NCBI GenBank assembly: GCA_020891255.1
Contig: BQFW01000008.1
Location: 868,001-932,000 of the forward strand
Direction: 5' to 3'
DNA from: Entomortierella parvispora E1425
Taxonomy: Eukaryota; Fungi; Mortierellomycota
DNA: 64,000 nucleotides
Made by a program: the position numbers and the translations under genes. The number at the start of each line of letters is the position of its first letter. Position 1 is the first letter of the stretch. Below are positions 12,810-25,251 of the stretch, one piece after another. Below the pieces are notes generated by a model. That model did no database searches. It had not been told where the DNA came from and saw nothing but the letters and a program-made list of their open reading frames with translations.

Positions 12810-15014
12810 ATGCCGCCGAAAAAAACTGTCAAGCGTAAGCGAGCTGCGGCACCCAAAAAGTCCAACAAACGCTACCGGGGCTCGGACGAGGACACACACA
12901 CCCGTTACGACGACGACGATGATGATGATGAGCAGGATGACGAGATCAACACCATACAAGATTATGAAGAGGCCGTTCGACGTCGGCACCTCAGTTCAGC
13001 TGTGGACCGATATGAGGATGCAAGAGATGATCTAGTCTATGCTGCGGAGCTAATGATGCCCAATACCAGTAACATCCACCCTCTTGGACAAGACGGAGAC
13101 GTATACCCAAACCATGGACCAGAAAAAGAACAATCAACACGGCCAACCACCCGGTCAGCGGTCGTCTTTAATCTGGGAACCTATTGCCTCTATTCTATTG
13201 CGAAGCACTTTAAGAAGCTTGCTTATGAAGCTGCGCCGTCTTCGTCCACGTCATCTGAATCTGCGACAACGGCATCGACGCGACCTAGATTCCAGTCGTT
13301 TGGTGGCCAAAGAATTCAAACGACGCCTGCGACACAGTTTCGGATACAGGTCAACCACCTCCCGGACTATCTCTCTTCTCGATTATTCAAGTACTTGAAG
13401 CACACCAAACCTGAACTGTTGTCGACTCGGATCTGGACCCGATTGTTCTTTCCGCAATCGAAAGCCTTGACCCTCTATGGCGGTGCTTCAAATGGCGTGA
13501 ACGACGACGACGAGGAAGTAGGCTCCAGCCTCACGGACCTTGACCTTGAGGGACTGATAGAATCCCAGGTGACAGACAATATTATCAATGGATACCTCCT
13601 CAGGACAATACACATTGGACCGAATTTGGAACGGATCAACCTTAACCAGCAGACTGGACTCTCTGACAGGATCATGGCTCAACTTGTCGGGGCATGTCCG
13701 GTCCTTAGGAGATTGTCACTAAAGGGCTGCACCAACGCAGGAGATTTGACACTGGTGAATCTTCCAGGAGACACCCTGGAGGAACTGAACATCAGCTTTG
13801 TCAAGGCACCCACAGCCAAAGGGATCAAGTTGTTGATTTTGAAATGTCGGCAACTCCGGGTGTTGAAAATGGCGAGTCTGGTCAACATCCGAGATGCCAT
13901 ATTCTTGGAGTTGGAAAAGGACCTGGCCGAGGAAGATGAAGAAAGGAAAACAAAGTCTGGGGCTAACTCAGATGACCAGAGACGACCGCTGCACCAGTTG
14001 GAGAACCTCAAAATCTCTACAACCAAGTTGGGCGACAGAGGATTGAAGGTGCTTTTGGGTCTCTGTGGAACCTCTCTCCGACGACTGGACATCTCTGGGA
14101 CAGACGTCAAGAAAATCGCCATTATTGCCCAGTACTGTGTTCAAGACAACCGGGACCTGCCGTCAGGAGGAAGATCTACTCCATCGCGACCCACCACGAA
14201 TTTGGAAAAGATCAACCTGACTCGACTGAAGGTGGCTTCTCCGGCAGATCTAATTTCGTTTTTTGAAAGGTTGCCACCACATAGTTTACATACCGTCCTT
14301 ATGGGCTATCTGACTTGTGGACAGGTTCCGATCAGAGATGACCTGGTCAATCGCCTAGTTCCCTTTCTCGAGCCAGATGGCGAAGAGTCTTTTGAGGAGG
14401 ACAAAGCGGAAGAGATTGACCACATTCATCCAGTAGGAGGGTCCTCCTCGTCCTCTCTCGTAGAGTTCCCGAGCCCATTCGCACCCCTCTTGTCGAGACC
14501 GCCTTCTTCATTACTGTCAGTCTTTCATATTCACACCCTTTCATTTTTTGGCAACTCTCAAATTGGGGTTTCGAAACATGTGGACTATGGACTGCATCTG
14601 CTCTTTCAACGCCTGGCACCATTTTTGAAACGACTCGAGCTTGGCTACACGCGATGCCATGCTCAGCTTCTCGATGCTCTTCTCCCTCAGCCGCAATTGG
14701 AAGAGGACAATGGCTCTGTGATTGCGGTGGATCTGGGGACTGAGAATTGGGTGTTGGAGGAGCTTGGACTGGATGAGACGCCTATTGATGACGATGCAGC
14801 AGATACCCTGTCACGGATGCCGTCGCTTAGGCGATTATCCCTGGTGAATACGAGGATTGGAATGGACGGTGCCAAGAAGGTGATTGAAAGCTGCCCAAAT
14901 CTGGCGAGTTTAGAATTGACAAGCTGTCGTGGGATCCCGCTGATGCATCGCCGGACTTTGCTAAGGGAGGTCCGAAGGGAGCAAGCAGCTCTAGCCAGCG
15001 AAGTTGCTAGCTGA
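12810..15014 (+). CDS. RNI-like leucine-rich repeat protein, Rad7/AMN1-like architecture, intronless
   Basis: N-terminal NLS-like KRKR and acidic tract, then LRRs (LRRLSLKGC, LEELNISF, LRVLKMASL, LRRLDISGT, LRRLSLVNT, LASLELTSC). Start placed at the ATG of MPPKK. Confidence 0.8.
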   Translation: MPPKKTVKRKRAAAPKKSNKRYRGSDEDTHTRYDDDDDDDEQDDEINTIQDYEEAVRRRHLSSAVDRYEDARDDLVYAAELMMPNTSNIHPLGQDGDVYPNHGPEKEQSTRPTTRSAVVFNLGTYCLYSIAKHFKKLAYEAAPSSSTSSESATTASTRPRFQSFGGQRIQTTPATQFRIQVNHLPDYLSSRLFKYLKHTKPELLSTRIWTRLFFPQSKALTLYGGASNGVNDDDEEVGSSLTDLDLEGLIESQVTDNIINGYLLRTIHIGPNLERINLNQQTGLSDRIMAQLVGACPVLRRLSLKGCTNAGDLTLVNLPGDTLEELNISFVKAPTAKGIKLLILKCRQLRVLKMASLVNIRDAIFLELEKDLAEEDEERKTKSGANSDDQRRPLHQLENLKISTTKLGDRGLKVLLGLCGTSLRRLDISGTDVKKIAIIAQYCVQDNRDLPSGGRSTPSRPTTNLEKINLTRLKVASPADLISFFERLPPHSLHTVLMGYLTCGQVPIRDDLVNRLVPFLEPDGEESFEEDKAEEIDHIHPVGGSSSSSLVEFPSPFAPLLSRPPSSLLSVFHIHTLSFFGNSQIGVSKHVDYGLHLLFQRLAPFLKRLELGYTRCHAQLLDALLPQPQLEEDNGSVIAVDLGTENWVLEELGLDETPIDDDAADTLSRMPSLRRLSLVNTRIGMDGAKKVIESCPNLASLELTSCRGIPLMHRRTLLREVRREQAALASEVAS

Positions 15015-15327
15015 AATAAAGAATGTTGTTGATGTGTATTCTTGTAAAAAAAAAAAAAAAAAAAAAAAATCGCGACCAGTCTGTGGTGGTGTCAATGGCA
15101 CAGAGGGGAAAATCCACACAAGAGCCAAGGAACGATCGGAAGAACGTTTTCCTTTGATTCCATATCATCCTACGACCCTTTTTTTTATATGACCGAAATT
15201 TTTCGTGGTCCTTCGACAGATGTCAATCTCGCTTCGCCACTCTTTTGGGACTCTTTTCATCTTCTCGTCGCTTCTTCTCCCTCTTCCATTTCTGACATTT
15301 CCTTTCACTTTCAAGAGCCCCTCCAAA

Positions 15328-17708
15328 ATGCCAGCAACCCCTGCCAAGGGCAACAAAAACAAAAAGGTCCTGACCAGCAAAAAAATGCCCGAGTATACTA
15401 TCCTCTGGTGGACTCGACCGCCTGCCAGTGCAGTGCCTGAGACTGTCGAGCGTCCGGATGCTCCACTGTTTGATCCAGTGTTGCCATTTTCGATCGGGGA
15501 TTGCGGATTGCCCTATACTTGTAGTTTCACAAACGACAGGGCCATCATGTCGAACAAAGGCAGCGTGGTCCTGTTTCGTGGATCCCATTTGGAGCCAAAT
15601 GACTTGCCACCACTAACTCCAACGAAGGGAGGCGGTGCAAAGGACAACCATGCGTGGGTTCTTAACACCGGTAAAACAGACATATGGCGTAGACATAAAA
15701 GGATGTTGATGGCTTGTTGCATGCACGTTGGCTGAACCAGTTTATTTTGACTTCTTTTTCTGTTGTATTAGTGCTGGAGAGTCCAGGGGCGATGGATGGA
15801 CTCAAAGACACCACAATGCCTCTTTTCACCCATTCTTGGTCGCACTCTTTCGACTCTGATATCGTTCAGACGACTTTTGACTCTCAAGGATCACGACAGC
15901 CTTCACAACCGACGGACAAGACTTCAGACAACAATCCCAGCAAAGAAGATGTTGAAGAAAACAGCTTTCTCACATCCATCTTGACGCCTCCCAAGGTGGA
16001 CATTCATGAAAAGAACCGACTACGGTTCTTGAGTCGAGATCTAGGCGGGAAGGCCCCCGTGGCCTGGATCCTCGGCCCCAACGAAGAGCGGGGAACGCTG
16101 GGAGCCGAGAGTCGCGAGAACTATGTGCGAGAGCTGATGAAGGTGATTGATGTCGATATTTACGGTGCCACGCCCATGAACAACACAGTGTGGCCAGGAA
16201 CCCCTTCTGCAGATAACAGCACGGTGGTCCCCGTGTCGGCTCAAGAGATCATGGCCAATTACAAGTTTGTTCTCGCATTGGAACCCGTGCACTGTCAAGA
16301 CTTTGTCTCGACCACGTTGGCAGACGCGCTTCTTGTCGGCACAGTGCCCATTGTGGATGGCCCCAAGGACTACTCGCGGTTCTCTCCAACCGTCATCCAG
16401 TCGAGGGACACTGTCCCCGCTACCACGGATGCCTCCAACAACAATAGTACCACCACCACAAACGTGAAAACATCGAAACGGGCAACAGAAAGTCTTATTC
16501 TGCTGGACGATTTCTTGGCACCAGAACTCCTTGCTCAAGAATTGCTAATGCTAGACGACAAAGACTCGCAGTACTTGAAACGACTGGCCTACCGAGATCC
16601 ATCCAAGAATTTGATCTCTCTGCTCTTCAAAGAAAGTTTTGGAGGGGTCGACTCTGCAGTGGTGGATTCCTCGACGACCAAATCTGCCGCCACCACGGCC
16701 ACTTTGACTCCAACAGCCCAGAAAATCGTTTCTTGGACTCCTGACCAACAAGGCGCGCTCTGCAAGATTTGCGAGATGGCCCAGCAACTGGCCGAGAACA
16801 CCTATGACTGGACATCTTTGGCACGGGCGCGCAAAGTTGGAGAAAAGGGTGTCAAGAAGGCGGCAGCAGATACTAGATGGATCTCTGCCCAAGATCTCTT
16901 GCAGACTTTGACTGTCACTGGCACCGGAGAAGCTTGCTCAGCAGAGCCGAAATATCTTCCTGGATTACCGGTTCAAATGAAGGCATATGACGCGTTTTTA
17001 CAGAAACAGCATGAACAAAATCCAACGCCTCCTCAACTCCAGGTGAACCAGCAACAACAACAGCAGAAGCCATCTTCAGAGCCCTCTTCAGAGCCATCTC
17101 CTAACAAGGACCCTGCTGACCCGGCCCCTGCCAAGATCACGTCGCATTCTGTCGATGTCACGGTTTCGTTCGATTCGACCAAGGCTCCCACCACATCGCC
17201 GGAGACCCCACCAGATCAGGACCCGAATCTACCCAATACCTGGATTCAGCCTGGAGAGCTCTCTGGCAACCTGCCTTCGGTCATTATTCACCATCAAGAA
17301 CATGTTCAAGAGCTTTCACCCGAATCCTCACCAGCACCGTCTTCTCTTCTCCCTTCTCTGTCGGCTGATCAAAACAAGACTTTGTTTGAGCAATCGTCCT
17401 TGTCCGAGGGAGGAGCCTCTCCGCCGCCGTTCGAGATGTATTACCTGCTCTTGCTGATCCTCGCCCTGGGCACCGGTGCTTTGGCTTTGGTCCTTATCAC
17501 CTCCAAGAGGGCAAGGACCCTGGCTCTCTGGCCTTGGAGGCACTTGTTTTACAATAAAGTCGCCACGGTGGATCAGGAGGATCCTTATCCTCGGGATCGG
17601 CTTTTGCAACGGAATCGAGAGCGGCGACAAAACGATCGGACGCAGGCGACCCAGTCCTTGGAACGGATCATGTTGCAAGAGCTGGGCGAAGATCTTTTGT
17701 ACGAGTAA
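15328..17708 (+). CDS. Glycosyltransferase family 10 (alpha-1,3-fucosyltransferase)-like protein with C-terminal TM helix; intron 15671-15771
   Basis: CGLPYTCSFTNDR, AWVLNTVLESP, RENYVRELMKVIDVDIYG and YKFVLALEPVHCQDFVSTTLADALLVGTVPIVDG resemble GT10 blocks. Hydrophobic stretch MYYLLLLILALGTGALALVLI lies near the C-terminus. Confidence 0.75.
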
Positions 17709-17991
17709 AAATAATAGCGAGCAGACAGGCAGAGACCGTAACTTCATTCATATATTCAATATACCCTTTTTCTTTTCACTTCAAGAGACCCTCTGTCAGT
17801 TGTATGGTATAGATGGCGTGTATTTTTTTGATGTTTTTCTATTTGGTATCAAAAAATAATGAAGAAAAGGACTGCAGTAGAACTACGGAAAAGAAAGAAG
17901 GGGAAAAAAAAAGGACAATGCAAGAAGTAGGGTATGAAAAAAAAAACCGAGTCTCCAGAAACGCGTCTGTTTTTTTTTTTTTTTTTTTTTT

Positions 17992-19899
17992 TTAAGCAGC
18001 AAAGGCATCCTCCAAAGTCTTTCCAAAGCGAACCATGGCCTCCTCCATCTGCTCAAAGGTCGCGTAGGCAAAGGTGGCTCTCAGGTACCTTGCATCATCG
18101 TCATACCAAGAGTTCAACAGGTCTGCGGGGTCAATGTCGCTAGGCTTGGACTTGCAGCTGAACTGCCATCCAGGGACCAACAGGACCTGGTTGGCGATGC
18201 ACTTGTTGAACAATTCCAACATCAAGGCCGAATCGGAAACGTTGCCGAACCGAGGATGCTTCTCCAAATGGATCTTGATCCACAGGAACATGCCTGCCGA
18301 GGGTTCGTTGTAGCTCGCCAGCAAAGGGCTCACATGGGCCTTGAAGCTCTTTTGCAGATGCTGCGAGCGGTTCAAGTACTCCATACGGACATTCTCCGTC
18401 AAGTACCGCTTGTACCCCTCTTGTCCCCAGTGCGAGATCAACATCTCGGCCAGGATGGCCTGTGAGAATCCACTGGGTTGCTGTGTGGTCACCTCGTTGT
18501 GGTACTGCACAATCTGGCAGAATTGAGGGTTCATGGACATGTAACCGACTCTGCAGCCGGGGGCCAACGTCTTTGAAAAAGTGTCCAATCGGATCACACG
18601 ACCGTCCGTGTCCATGGACAGGAGTGAGGGCATCCAACCCCCTTGCTGGTCCACAAAGAACTGGAGGTAGTAGTAAGGATCGTCCTCGATCACAATCAGG
18701 TCGTGTTCCTGAGCCACCTGCATGATGTCCTTGCGACGCTGGATCGACATGGTGGTGCCGGTGGGGTTCTGTCCCGTGGGGATCAAGTACACGACCCTGG
18801 GCTTGGCCTGTTGGGCCTGCTCAGGGTTGGTTCCCCAGTTGTCCAACAGATCCTTCAACGCCACGGCGCTCATACCCTCTCCATCCATCTGGACGGGAAT
18901 GTGGCCCACACCCAGAGGCTCCATCATCTCCAGAGCAGCAGGGTAGGTCCATTCCTCCACCAAGACCTTGTCACCACGGCTGCACACCATCGAGCAGGCC
19001 TTGGCGAACCCATCCGTGTTGCCAGCCGAGAGGACAACGTCCCAATCACGGTACTGAGGCTTATGCATCCTAGCCACATGCCCCTTGCAGAATTCGCGAA
19101 GGGAAGGCAAACCAGTACCCATACCATACTAACAAACAAACAGACAAAAAAAAAAGAACAAGACGAAGAAAAGGGGAGTCAGACTTTGTCAAGTTTTCAA
19201 TAAAGAGGTAGGACCGATGCGATTCGTGCGATTTTTTTTTTGACCAAAAAACTTGATTTGTCACCAACCCACAAGGTGTGTGTAACTCAAAAAATGTGGG
19301 CGCTTCTGGGAGCAGCCAACCCGCGTGTACGCCATGCATTTCGTGCACGGCGATCGTGGAAAACAACAAAAAAAAAATACAACCCAAAAGAGGCATGGTT
19401 GAGGGAAAGGGGGGAGAGAGGGGGGAGGGTGCTTACCTGGAGAGTGGCGGTCAAGCTCTCAGTCTTGCCTGGCTGAGGATAGTGAGGGACAGAGACCGTC
19501 TCAGGCTGTGCCTTGACGGCCTTGAGGGACGATCCGTTGACAGTGGCATCAGCGGGGCCCATGGCCTTGACCTCGGCAGAGAGAGAGTAAAAGGGGAAGG
19601 TGGAGGGGTGAGGGAGACCTGAAATTGGGTAGATGAGGAAACAGAAACCATTTAGGAAAGGTTAGTGTGATGCATTCATGTACTCTTTGCAACCTTGCAT
19701 TGTCCCTGAGAAAAGCAGTAGCGCCGATCCAATTAGGTAACACAGCACAGAACTTGCCTCCACCGAGAGAGATCATGTCATCCTTCATGAACCGAAGGAG
19801 ACCCTTGAGGGGACTCTTCTTGCGGGCAGCACCCTCGAGGGAGAGAAAGGACGAAAAGTCCTTGGCAAGGGGCAACTGGGGGGCGATGTCGACGGTCAT
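17992..19899 (-). CDS. ARO8: Aromatic amino acid / 2-aminoadipate aminotransferase (class I/II PLP); exons 19899-19758, 19618-19437, then about 19131-17992
   Basis: ISLGGGLPHPSTFPF, LQYGMGTG, YLIPTGQNPTG, IIEDDPYYYLQF, PLP-lysine motif DTFSKTLAPGCRVG, PSAGMFLW. The symbol is family-level. Confidence 0.9.
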
Positions 19900-21104
19900 T
19901 TCTAGGGGAAAATGAAAAATGTCCTGTTGTGTCTTGTGTGGTTTGAAGAGTGTAATGAAAGCAAAGGCCGGCCAAAAAATGGAAGAAAGGAGCGTGGAGT
20001 AGCAGCGATTTCAGAGCGATCTTGACGAGAAAAAAAAAAGAAGAAAGGAGGGAGGAATGAGAGTCGCTTTTATACTTTCCCCGATGACTCTTTTTTGACA
20101 AAAGCTCAAGGAGAATTCTTTGATCCATAGTTCTTCCCACAGTCTTGCGCCCAATCCAATCCAATCCAACACGATTCGATCCGATTCGACTGTGCCCCTC
20201 ATGAAGCCCTTTTTCAGTTTGTCGAACGCTGTGGCCCTTGTTTGTTGGTTTTTGGTACAAGAGTCGCACTACACCCTCAAAATGAGTAATTCGCTCCTTT
20301 TGTTATTTTTTTGTTGGTCCAACATCCCCTTTGCGACTTCTTGGGCCCCGCATCCCTTGTAGCTTTAGTCTTGTGTTTTGAAGCTTTCATCTTTCTTTCT
20401 CCCCCACCGAAAAAAATAAAAAAATTGATCTCCCTCTCCCCCCATGAGGCCCTTCTCGAACTACCATTCGATAGTCATTCGTCATTCTCGTGTTGTTCTC
20501 CTCTTTTTTTTACTGTGGTTGGTCGTCCTTTGTAAATTTGTCCCACGGAACAGACTACCATAAATTGCTGAACTTCCCACGTCTGTTGTTTTTTCTTTCA
20601 TTCATACGCACCGGCAGGTACGAAAAACGCTCACACTTCCTCCCCCAGACTCGTTGTTTTTTACTTTTTTTTATGTGTTCCCCCCCTCTCGATCGCCGTT
20701 TCGTTGCACTGGTTGGCGTAATTGTGGACAGACGCGCTGCACGAATCGTTTTTGCCACCCCCCTACTACCCCTCCCCGTACGTTTTGTCCGCAGTCAAGA
20801 TGGGCAAACCCTCAATTGACAGTCATGACTCTTGATATATTTTTCCCGTCAAGATTATCATGAACTACCCAACACCGAGTAGCCCTTTTGCCTACCATCA
20901 CCTGCATCTAGGCCTGTGCACATCTCCAATGCACATGAGTAAAACTTGTCAATGGAGAGCGCCTTTTTTATGTTTGCCTTTTTTCTCTTCCATGTTTATT
21001 TAATATACAACGACTTTTGATAGTACAAGGTAGGAGAAGGAGGACACTAGGAGGGGGGGGGGGGGAGGAGGATGCAACAAAAAAGAAAGGAGGAGCTCCC
21101 GCTT

Positions 21105-24100
21105 TTAAACCTGGGAGCTCGCAATACGGGGGCAATCCTGGCTCAAATGACCAGGTTGATCGCAGTACCGGCACCCAGCCTGGCATTCCGCGCTTGAATG
21201 ACCAAGCTGCGCACAGTTGCCACAGCGGACCTCGCCACGTTGACGCCAGTGCGTCTTCTTGGGGCCTGATTCAAACCCAGTTGCTGGAGAACCTGAGTTC
21301 GAAGGGGCAGAAGAGACTTGAGACGAGTGCAGCGAATCCATGGAGCCACTGCCAGCCATCATATTAGAGAATCCAGAGGCGGATCCCGATCCAGGAGACA
21401 TGGAATCCATGTTGTTCAGGGTTCGTTGAGCCAACAAAGGCGATGAAGGGGCAGAGGGCTGACGTCCAAGACCAAGCAAGTTGCTGTTGCTAAAGCCAGG
21501 AGGGGCCATCGAGGTGAGTCCTGGAGGTCCCTGGAACTGCTGTTGCTGCTGCTGCATTTGTTGCATTTGCATTCGGTGCTGATGCGCCGCAAGCACATGT
21601 TTCTCCAGTTGACGGCAACGTTCCTCAACCTTCCACACATATCGCTGAACTTCCTCCATCTCTCGCTGCTTCTGGAGTTCCATAGCCTGAATAGCTTGCT
21701 GCTCATGCTCGCGAGCCAAGGATGCAAGAGTAGAGTAGCGCTCCGTCAAAGACGAAACCTGTTGCTGCATCGACACAAGAGTGGTCAATAATGATTTGTT
21801 TTCAACCTGCAACGTGTGAACAAGCGAAACCAAAGTCTGGGTTGGGAGTCTGGCCAAGTCTTCGACACTGTCAGGAAGATGATCGTCATGGTCCGCCTCT
21901 GACTGGGGGTAGGGCTGGGGCTGTTGCTCTGGCTCAAGTGTATCGACCTGTGCACGTTCCTTGCGTGTGGCTCCGATAGAGTTGCGGTTGCTATTCTCGG
22001 CCTTTTCGTTCTTCTTTGCTGCCTGAGCAGCGGCGCGCTCAGCTTCTCTTGCAGCCTGAGCTGCACGGTTGGCGAGAGTTGCAGCTGAGGGGCCCCAAGT
22101 AGGAACTTTGCTATCCTTGCTCTCTGCAGATACAACTGTAGGAACAGTAGGTTCCGACCCCTTGGTTGCCGACGCCTGTGGCTGCTTACTCTGACGATCA
22201 ATGGCTTCCTTAACCTCACTGGCTTCCTGAGCCTTGCGACGTGCCTCAGCTTCCTTCTGCTCTTTAGCTTCCTGAGCCTTGCGTCTAGTTTCGGCCTCCT
22301 TGGCCGCCTGGGCCTGTTGGTGAAGGCGACGCGCCTCTTCTTCCTTGGCTTCTTTAGCCTGTCGGGCCGCTTGAGCTTGACGACGCATCTCTGCTTCCTT
22401 GACCTCTCGAGCTTCCTGAGCTTGGCGACGGGCCTCCGCCTCCTGGGCTTCCTGAGCAGCTTTTTTAGCCTTTGCCTCTTGAGCCAAGCGACGAGCCTCT
22501 GCCTCTTCTGCCGCCTTTCTAGCTTTTGCTTCCTCTGCGGCCAGCTGAGCCTTGGCTTCCTCTGCAAGCTGGCGAGATTTAGCTTCCTGAGCCTTGCGAC
22601 GCGCCTCATCTTCCACTGCATGTCCAATTTCGATCAACGAAAGACGATGGAGTTCTGCGGCGGCTCTCTTCTTGAGCTCCTCAGCCTGCTGGATGCGGGC
22701 TGGATCCGTCACGCCCTGCATTTGCTCCTCCTGCTTGCGCAGAATCCACTCGTATGTTTCCTTGAGTTCGCGCACTCCGACAGCTCGCTGCTGGGCAGCA
22801 GCCTCCTCTGCTGCTGCGGCCTCCTTGGCCTGTTTCTTGGCATCCTTCTTAGCCTGCTTCTTGAGATCGCGCGCTTCCTTGGACGACATGACCGGCGCAG
22901 GTGTCTCGGCGGGTTCCTCGAAACGCAAGCCAGATCCTGGAACTGGTGCCTCTTGCTCTTCCTTCTCCTGCTGTTGCTGCTCAATCTCTGGTTCGACTGT
23001 AGTCTGCTCCGAGGCAACAGCGGCTGCAGCGGCGGCGGCCGCTTCAGCAGCCTTCTTCTTTTTCTTGTCCTTCTTCTTCTTGCTCTTGCTCACCGATGTC
23101 GATCCTCCCGCATCTTCATCGTCCGAGACTTGAGCACTGCCAGTAGGCGTGACATCCCTGCTAGGCACCAAGAATCCCTTTGTACTGAATTTGCTGTCGC
23201 TCACATCCTGACCGATCGACTTGAGAAACTTCTTTTCTTTTTGGATGGCTGCCATCTCGCCCATAGCCCTGGCACCCTCACGCATCATGAGACGCGAGAT
23301 CATAACGGCCAAGACACGACGACCAGTTTTGACTCCCTCGCGAAATTGGTGGGCGAGTTTCATCCTGCCCTCCTGAGATTTGAGTACACGAGAGCGGAAG
23401 TGATCGTCATGAAGGCCCAGCTGCACAGCCTCCAATACCTCGGCTTCCTCCATGAGAATCCCGAGCGTGTTCAAGCAAACAGTTGCAAAGTCCAAGCTCG
23501 AGAACAAGGTGAGACGGGATTGGAAGAACCACTTTCGGATCTCGACAGAGATAAACTCGAGCTTCTTAATCCTGCGACGGAAGTCCTTGTTAGCAGCCTT
23601 TTCGAGTCGGCCCTGGACTGTCTTTTGAGACTCTTGGAAATAAGCCGAGGCCACAGACTCGATCTCCTCGTCCACCTCCTTGAGTTTGTTGAGAACCAAA
23701 ACGCGGAACTGACCCATCTTTGTGTCAAAGATGGGTATAAGCTGCTCCACCATCTTCAGGGCATTCCTGCACTTCTCGGGACTCTCTTCCAAGATTTTGT
23801 CGATTCTAGCAGTGCCTACTTTGCCCTCCTGAATACGTGTCAGAGCCAGCTTTAGGATCTTTGTCTGTGCCATGGCCAGCTCCTTGATGAATTCGCGCAG
23901 TGACCTCTCAGACGATTCAAGTACGTCCTCTGTCAACTGCTTGTTGATGAATTGCATATTATCGATAAATCGCTGGAAGCCCTGGTCCACAATTTCTACT
24001 GGGTCCACGCTCTTTTCTGAATCCGCTCCCTTTTTCTTTGAGCCATTCTTCTTTGCTGTTGTCTCCACGTCATTCCAAATCTAAACAGTTATTATTGAAT

Positions 24101-25251
24101 TTGAAGGGTATTGTTTTGGTTAGAGATATGTCAGGACATTCAGACGAATGATCTTTTCAGAATAACAACACTTTTTCAAATATTACCTCTTGGAAAGAAA
24201 CGAGTCTATCCCTGTATGTGTGGGCGAATTCTTTGGAGCGAGTTGGGCCCAAAATGCCAGATCGAACCTTTTCGGCACCATCCATTCTCTCCAGAGCTTC
24301 TTCGACATGCTTCCAGACGGGTCCGATCTGCTTGCGGAGTCCTTCCTGATCCCTTGTTCTCATCCGCTTTAGTTCCTCGTTGAACAGTTCCTTGTCTAGT
24401 TCTAGATCCGCCGGAGTCTTGGAATGACCCTTGGTATGTTGACAGGTAGGAACCATGATTTGGTTTTGAAGCTGAGGCTTGGTGACTCTTTTCAGCAATG
24501 GGTATCCCTGGTGACCCAAGATCATGTGGGCCTTCTCGATGGAGATGGTCGAGAGAATAGGCGTGACATCATCCTGGGCCTGGTTCTGTTCCTGAGTCTG
24601 AAGAGGGTATGCGGAGTAAAGAGCTTCAAAGTCGACCAAGGAAAACACTTCGGGCGAGGTGTAGAGTGCGCTGGGCTGGTCGATCCAGTCCCGAACAGTA
24701 TCCACAATCTCGGCCACAAATCCCTCCTGTCCCGTTCCAGTCGATGACGGCGCAGCGCCTCCAGTTCCTGATCCGGCCTTGCCTGCGGCGACAGCTGCGG
24801 CAGCGACTGATCCTGCACCACTGGCTCGAGCACCTGTCGACATGTCCGCTGTGGATCGCTTGTAGAATCGCTCGCAAAGAACCATGGCATATTCCTTGTG
24901 CTTCTTCTTTGGCTCTGCTGCTCCATGACCTCCACTGCCGTTTGTCTTGGAAGCACCTTTCTTGTCTGATCCAGCGCCGGCTGCCTTGTCCTTGCCAAAG
25001 GTCTTTTTGAACACCCATTGAGCCCATTCGCGACAGTAGAAGCAGGTGTTTTGATCGCAGGCACGGAACTTTGCGAGCTCTTTGGTCAGCAGAGCCGTCT
25101 CCACCTTGAGCGACGAGGGCACGAGGTGAGGGTTCTGGATAATTGCAGCGTCGTTCTGGCTTCCAGCATCGTTATTGGCCTTGGTTGTGCCATTGGCCTT
25201 TGGCTGGAGAAGAGGGACGATCGTGGGCAGGTTAAGATCAGATTCAGACAT
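21105..25251 (-). CDS. Large hypothetical protein (about 1350 aa): Cys-cluster N-terminus, long coiled coil, two C-terminal CCHC zinc knuckles; intron 24081-24186
   Basis: ORFs 24157-25251 and 21105-24068 join in frame by GTAATA...TAG (FQE|IWND). C-terminal CGNCAQLGHSSAEC and CRYCDQPGHLSQDC match CX2CX4HX4C. Confidence 0.8.

Noticed and set aside
21132-21224. CCHC knuckles as evidence of an LTR retrotransposon gag
   Set aside because: No protease, RT, integrase or LTRs nearby; the host ORF has a spliceosomal intron and a cellular-type composition.
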